This document shows positions 58,870 to 64,000 of a stretch of DNA of 64,000 nt, piece after piece (positions within the stretch are counted from its first letter, which is position 1; each line of letters begins with the position of its first letter). The translations under genes were made by a program, and so were the position numbers. The stretch lies in NCBI GenBank assembly GCA_963675745.2, contig CAXXWX010000016.1:192001-256000 (forward strand). The letters run 5' to 3'. The notes beneath the pieces are model-generated. The model saw only the letters and a list, made by a program, of their open reading frames with translations, did no database searches and was not told where the DNA came from. Source of the DNA: Phycisphaerae bacterium (GTDB taxonomy: Bacteria > Planctomycetota > Phycisphaerae > UBA1845 > Fen-1342).

Positions 58870-61215
58870 TTGGCGAGCATGGACGACAAGACCCTTCTGG
58901 AACAAGCGGAAGCCGGGATTACCGCCTACCTGGAAGGCGAGCGGGACGCGGGGCGCATCGCGGGCAACTACTTCGAGGACGCCCGGCGGCGGACGGTGCC
59001 CAACCTGCGCCGCTGGCTGCAAGCGGCGGAGTTGGATGATATCTCGCCGAACCTGCGGGAGGGTCTGCGCCAAGCGATCCGGCGGGAGCAGTGGGTGGCA
59101 CTGGCTAACGCCTTCTCCCGCGACGTGAGCTTCGGCACGGGCGGCATCCGCGAGAAGATGGGCTCCGAGCGCGACGTGGTGCTCCAGCTCAAGGAGATCG
59201 GCGTCCACGCCCCCATAATCAAAGGGCCCAACACGATCAACGACGTAGTGCTCCTCTTGACCAGTGCGGGCGTGGCGAAGTACGGCCGGCAGCGCCAGCC
59301 GCCGCTCACCAAGGCCGTGGTAGGCTTTGACAGCCGGGTGCGCGGGGCGGACTTCGCCCGTTTGATCGCCGAACTGTTCCTCGCCTACGGCTGGACGGTC
59401 TACCTCTTCGACGAAGCCTGCATGTACCCCAGCGTCACCTACGCCGTGCCGACGCTGAAGGCGGACGTGGGCGTCTTCATCTCGGCCAGCCACAACGACT
59501 TCAGGTATAACGGCTTCAAGCTCTCCTGCCACAACGGCTCGCAGTTCGACCCGGCGGAGCGGGCGGACATCTACGATAACTTCATCACCAAGATGCAGTT
59601 CACCGACATCAGGCGGCTGCCCCTGGCGGAGGCGCCGGCGGATAACCTGTGGTTCCTCGGCGGGGTGCCGCGGGCGGATGGGCGTAAGCTGGAATCCGGC
59701 CCACACGCCGGGCTTCCCGTGGGCGACCCCCTACCGGATGCCCCGGCCGACCTCTACGCCGGGCGCACCGAGCGCATCATCGACCTGCACACCATGCACG
59801 CCAACCATGTGAAGCAGTTCCTCCTGCAGCCGGAGATGATCGCGCAGGCAAAGCATCCGCTCTCGATCGGCTTCTCCGCCTTCAACGGCTCGGGACGCAA
59901 GGCTGTGCCCGGGCTGTTGGCGGAGGTGGGTTTCAAGCAAGTTCGGCGGATCATGAAGCTCGACGCTCTGGACGGCATGTTCCCCGCGTTTTGCAGCGAT
60001 CCGGGCAAGGAACAGCAGCCGGACCCGGGCGACTGGCGGGCGGCCGACATCGCCATTCAGTGTTTCAAAGAAGAGTACCCCGGCGCCTGGGAAGGTGTGG
60101 ACCTGATCGTGGGCACCGACCCGGACGCCGATCGCTGCGGCGTGATCGTCAAGGTCCCGCCCCACCAGCGCCCGGGCTATCGCCACCCGGGCACGGGCGA
60201 GGAACGCGACTACTTCCTGCTCTCGGCCGACGACGCCTGGTCGCTGATCCTGTGGTATCGGTTCAATCGTGAGGTCGAGCAGCACGGATGCGTCCGCACC
60301 GCCGATCAGCAGTTCATCGTCCTCTCTCACACCACCACGGACCTGCTGCCCTGCGTGGCGCGCAAGTATGGCGTGGGCGTGCTGAAGACGTGGGTGGGCT
60401 TTGCCCAACTGGCGGCCGGAACGCGGGCGATCTGGGACCTGCGCCAGGGCAAGGACACACCCGGCATCACTGAAGGCGGCAAGCTCCCACCCTACACCGA
60501 GGGCAGGCGCCACCCGGATGACAAGGTCTGCAACCGCACGATCTACACCTGGGACGGGATGGACGGCCCCAACCGCTCGATCAACGTCGCCGCCCTCGAG
60601 CAGAGCAACGGCTTCTCTTTGCTCGGCGGGATTCCGGTGGATGAACGCTCGCTCGGCGTGAACGGCCACGTGCGCGACAAGGACGGCACCTTCGCCGCGG
60701 TGCTGATGGCGGAACTGGCGGCCTACGCGAAGGAACAGGGCACGAACGTGCTCGACCTGCTGGATGAGAAGCTCTACCTAGATCCGGACATCGGCCTTTA
60801 CGTAACGTATTACGAACCTGATCCGCTGGACGGCGAATACGAAGGGCTCGTCGGCTACACCAAGAAGCGCGGCGTGCTGGACAAAGCGGAGGAGCTGTTC
60901 CAAAACTACCAGGCCAAGCAGCTTACGTTGGGCGGGTTGCCCGTGCGGCATACCTGCGCCTTCCGCACCGGCAAGTATGACGCGATCAACTGGCCCGGCT
61001 TCCCGGACGAGGGCTATCGGTTCTACTTCGACGACGAGCGCCGTTCGCACCTGACCATCAGGCCTTCGGGCACGTCGAATGCTCTGCGTTTCCACGTGCA
61101 GTTGTTCGGCGGGCATCCGGGCCGGAAGGAGCTGATCGCCCGGAAGGGTGAGCTGCGGGCACAGTGCACGCAGATCGTCACGGACATTCGAGTGCTAATA
61201 GGCGCGCCACGGTGA
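58870..61215 (+). CDS. Phosphoglucomutase/phosphomannomutase-family protein (enlarged)
   Basis: FGTGGIR, GFDSR, SASHN phospho-Ser, DPDADR metal loop, RDKDG, IRPSGT; ATG start at 58879 likely. Confidence 0.9.
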   Translation: MASMDDKTLLEQAEAGITAYLEGERDAGRIAGNYFEDARRRTVPNLRRWLQAAELDDISPNLREGLRQAIRREQWVALANAFSRDVSFGTGGIREKMGSERDVVLQLKEIGVHAPIIKGPNTINDVVLLLTSAGVAKYGRQRQPPLTKAVVGFDSRVRGADFARLIAELFLAYGWTVYLFDEACMYPSVTYAVPTLKADVGVFISASHNDFRYNGFKLSCHNGSQFDPAERADIYDNFITKMQFTDIRRLPLAEAPADNLWFLGGVPRADGRKLESGPHAGLPVGDPLPDAPADLYAGRTERIIDLHTMHANHVKQFLLQPEMIAQAKHPLSIGFSAFNGSGRKAVPGLLAEVGFKQVRRIMKLDALDGMFPAFCSDPGKEQQPDPGDWRAADIAIQCFKEEYPGAWEGVDLIVGTDPDADRCGVIVKVPPHQRPGYRHPGTGEERDYFLLSADDAWSLILWYRFNREVEQHGCVRTADQQFIVLSHTTTDLLPCVARKYGVGVLKTWVGFAQLAAGTRAIWDLRQGKDTPGITEGGKLPPYTEGRRHPDDKVCNRTIYTWDGMDGPNRSINVAALEQSNGFSLLGGIPVDERSLGVNGHVRDKDGTFAAVLMAELAAYAKEQGTNVLDLLDEKLYLDPDIGLYVTYYEPDPLDGEYEGLVGYTKKRGVLDKAEELFQNYQAKQLTLGGLPVRHTCAFRTGKYDAINWPGFPDEGYRFYFDDERRSHLTIRPSGTSNALRFHVQLFGGHPGRKELIARKGELRAQCTQIVTDIRVLIGAPR

Positions 61216-61336
61216 TGTCGATTCGTCCATACGTCGGCCCGCGCAAGCGTCACCGCGCGGTGGAGCCGATTGTCCGTCCGGGCCGGCGTGAGGCGTCGCC
61301 TGCGCGCCCGGCGGCACCTGAACCCGGAACGCATCC

Positions 61337-62731
61337 ATGCAGGACAAGCTTCCCGACGAATGCCGGCCGACGCACGACCTGGAAGGCGTCGTCTGTGCCT
61401 TCGACGTAGACAACACGCTTACCTGTCTGGGCGCGGATGCTTACGCCCAAACGCTGCGCGCGTTTCTCAATCTGCGTGACCTCGGCTTACCGCTGGATGA
61501 AGCCTGCCGGCTCTATGAGGCCGTACGCCGGCGCGGAGGCGACGGTTTCTTCGAGCACTTGGGGCTGCACGGCGCGCTCCACTACCGAGGCCATCCCGAA
61601 GCCCTGGCCATCTTCCTCCTCAGCTATGCCTGTACCCCTGAGCTGCGTCGCCTTATCGGCCTGACTGAGGTGCAGCAAGACTGGCACAGGACTACCACCC
61701 AACGCCACGGCGTCGCCTACGCGCTTTGGCGCGCCTTTGGTCCTCCGGATTGTTTCACCCTGGAGATGGAGTTTCGGAGAGGGTTGCGCCGGGACGACCG
61801 CGTACACCGTCTGGTGGAGGAGGCTCGGCGGGTCGCGCAGTTGCCTGAGGTTTGCGCTTGGGCTCAGCAATATGAGGCGTGTGCCCGCGCCGCTGAGCAG
61901 CAGGTGGACCTGCTAACTCCGTTGGAGCGACTGCGTGCCCGCGGCGCTCACTGCGTAGTGATCAGTCAGGGCTATTACGACGTGCAAACCGCGAAGCTCG
62001 CGGAGAAAGGTCTGGCCGAGTTCTTCGCGGGGCGGGTTCTGGTCACGGAGCGCGCCCCCCGCATACCGGGTCTGGAGGAACTGGAGGCTGAACTCGATCG
62101 CCGCCTTGAGCAGCGTGAAGAGCTCTGGGACGCCCAGCGCGATCGCGACCTGACGCCATTGTGGACCTGCGCGTTCCTGGCCCGCCAGTGGGCCTCGAAG
62201 ACCCCCTACTTCTATGCTCGCTGCCTGCACGCCTTGCACTGCGCCCCGGAGAATCCCGAACAAGCCCTGCGCGACACACGTATGGCGGACCGAGACGCCT
62301 GGATCGCTCACCCCTTACGTTTCGTCATGATCGGGGATCGCCCGCGCACCGACATCAACCCTGTGGGCCGGCTCTTGGGGCCGGGTGCAGGGCTGAAGGT
62401 ACTCCTCAGGCAGGGCAAATACGCGCGCGAAGAACCTGACCCGTACGCACCGGGTGCAAGGCCGAGACACCTCTGCGGAACCTTCCTGCGCCCGTCAAAA
62501 AGACCGGCGCCGAACTCCGAACCTCACCTGCTACCCAACTTCACCTTCGACGATTGGGATGCGCTCGGCAAGTTCCTCACCCGCGACCTCACCACAGAAC
62601 AGGTGCCGCCCATCTCGGCCTGCCCCCGCCTGCTGCCCCGGGAGCACCTGCCGCCTGACTTGGCCGAGACGTGGGCTACGAGTGAATTCGAAGCGGTGCG
62701 GACGATCGCGGCCCTGGCGCAGATATGTTGA
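61337..62731 (+). CDS. HAD-superfamily hydrolase-like protein
   Basis: FDVDNTL motif I, ISQG motif II, MIGDRPRTDI motif IV. Confidence 0.7.
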   Translation: MQDKLPDECRPTHDLEGVVCAFDVDNTLTCLGADAYAQTLRAFLNLRDLGLPLDEACRLYEAVRRRGGDGFFEHLGLHGALHYRGHPEALAIFLLSYACTPELRRLIGLTEVQQDWHRTTTQRHGVAYALWRAFGPPDCFTLEMEFRRGLRRDDRVHRLVEEARRVAQLPEVCAWAQQYEACARAAEQQVDLLTPLERLRARGAHCVVISQGYYDVQTAKLAEKGLAEFFAGRVLVTERAPRIPGLEELEAELDRRLEQREELWDAQRDRDLTPLWTCAFLARQWASKTPYFYARCLHALHCAPENPEQALRDTRMADRDAWIAHPLRFVMIGDRPRTDINPVGRLLGPGAGLKVLLRQGKYAREEPDPYAPGARPRHLCGTFLRPSKRPAPNSEPHLLPNFTFDDWDALGKFLTRDLTTEQVPPISACPRLLPREHLPPDLAETWATSEFEAVRTIAALAQIC

Positions 62732-62940
62732 TCGTCCCTAAAAGTAATCCCAAGACACCGTGCGCCACCCAGCGCGACGTGAGCGCGAGTTGCAGATCCA
62801 AGAGCGTTTCTCAATATCGCATTCCGAGCCGCGGGGCTGAAGCCCACGCGGATTCCCTGGTCTTGAACCCGTTTCCGTGACCCAGAACCGGCCACACGAA
62901 AACGGAATCCGCTCGAGTGCTCTGTCACGCCTAAATTGAC

Positions 62941-63066
62941 GGGTGGCATGCCCGAGCCCGTCGCAGACGGGCGCCGGCATGCTTGATGCAATGGGAGCTG
63001 TAGGTCCTGGCAATCTCGGAGTGGGCCGGGTGCTACATGGCGGCGCTGCGCTTGGCCATGCCACCC
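62941..63066. repeat. GGGTGGCATG...CATGCCACCC REP pair (further units at 63637-63828)
   Basis: Same arms as the other intergenic copies. Confidence 0.8.
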
Positions 63067-63089
63067 ATCAAGGGACGGTTGACGGAGCA

Positions 63090-63476
63090 CTATACCGTCA
63101 CCCCCTCCTGCGTCTTCTCACTATTTTCCTCATGCTGCGCCTGCTCCTCAGCGAGTAGCTCATCCAACCGCCAGGCGGCCTCGTAGCAGGTCGGACACAA
63201 CTCCTCACCCGTATCGCTGAAGTAGATCTTGCGGTCACCCCGGCCGCACTGGGCGCAAACGCCCTCGATGAACGGCGGATAGGGAGCCCCGTCCGCCCGG
63301 CGGGAGGTCTCGATCCACTTTTCATACGCCCGCCGGCGCTGGATATGCCACCACCACATGCTCAACCCGGTCCAGAGCGAGAAGAGCAGCACGAACAACA
63401 CCAACAACAGTATCAGCGCCCCGATGATGAGGTAAATGTTAAAACGAAACGTGCCCAGGTCCACTTGCAACAACAT
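63090..63476 (-). CDS. Membrane-anchored hypothetical protein with CxxC/CxxC motif
   Basis: N-terminal TM helix; CAQC...CPTC. Confidence 0.6.
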   Translation of the reverse strand: MLLQVDLGTFRFNIYLIIGALILLLVLFVLLFSLWTGLSMWWWHIQRRRAYEKWIETSRRADGAPYPPFIEGVCAQCGRGDRKIYFSDTGEELCPTCYEAAWRLDELLAEEQAQHEENSEKTQEGVTV

Positions 63477-63909
63477 CCGCCCATCTCCGATCCTGGCGAC
63501 CGGGGATATGACGGGCGGGCAGCCCGGACGTTAACGTCGCCGCCCCAAGGGAGGGTTCCATAGCGTGGTAGCGTCCGCCCCCCGCGGCGGACGGAGTGGT
63601 CAGCGCGCGCCACTGCTCCGTGGGATGCTCGGCGCCGGGTGGCATGGCCAAGCGCAGCGCCGCCATGCGTTGCCACATCTGCACCCAACTCGCCGACAAA
63701 CAAGTACGTGCACGTGCTTGGCGCTTACCGGGCCAATATCTTGGGTGGCACCCGCCCCCTGCGGCGGACATGGAGGTTCGAATGTTTGCCGAAACTCGTC
63801 GGCCGCCACGGGGGGCGGCCGCTACACACTCAAGCAGTTAGGCAAGCATCGGGGTGGCAGACACAGACTTGTCTCTGCGTGGGGCAAGTACACCGTTAGC
63901 CGCGTGTCA

Positions 63910-64000
63910 CTACTCCCCACCCTTCAGGCGTTGCCGCACCTGTTTGGCCAGAGGCTTCGCGGCCGGGTCCGACAACGAGAGCTGCTCGAGCGCCGCCGCC
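63910..64000 (-). CDS. 3' end of an unidentified gene entering the window
   Basis: Open frame AAALEQLSLSDPAAKPLAKQVRQRLKGGE ending in TAG at 63910. Confidence 0.4.
   Translation of the reverse strand, partial: AAALEQLSLSDPAAKPLAKQVRQRLKGGE

Noticed and set aside
33150..63771. Small ORFs containing MAALRLAMPP / GGMAKRSAAM
   Set aside because: Translations of the REP repeat, not a protein family.
22834..63830. Recurring 25-35 bp palindromes as a CRISPR array or attC cassette array
   Set aside because: They are dispersed, irregularly spaced and in both orientations, with no cas genes or integron integrase.

Overview
GC-rich bacterial DNA; the PEP-CTERM protein, long GreA, dockerin-like secreted proteins and repeat families suggest a Planctomycetota (Phycisphaerae-like) anaerobe. 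Layout: 1-2.7 kb, hypC-hypD-hypE-hypA hydrogenase maturation genes. 3-18 kb, a mobile-element hotspot containing two half group II introns of different classes joined by a 2.77-kb large-serine-recombinase element, IS21 remnants, IS256, IS630, IS701 and disrupted secreted-protein genes. 18-28 kb, a PEP-CTERM gene and a Wzm/Wzt plus glycosyltransferase cluster. 28-42 kb, long GreA, YchF-like ATPase, second IS630, patatin, der and secreted proteins. 42.7-57.3 kb, two acyl-CoA operons. 57.5-64 kb, rmlC, phosphohexomutase and a HAD protein. Two highlights. (1) The recombinase element is inserted exactly into the conserved DIxxF|FD codons of intron reverse transcriptases, and its reconstructed attP creates the RBS, start codon and frame of its own accessory gene only in the excised circle. 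(2) An operon couples an archaeal-type HMG-CoA synthase/thiolase/DUF35 trio to a methylglutaconyl-CoA hydratase and a soluble biotin-dependent (de)carboxylase, a candidate new route from acetyl-CoA to C5 branched acyl-CoA. Family assignments come from motif recognition by eye; no database searches were run.
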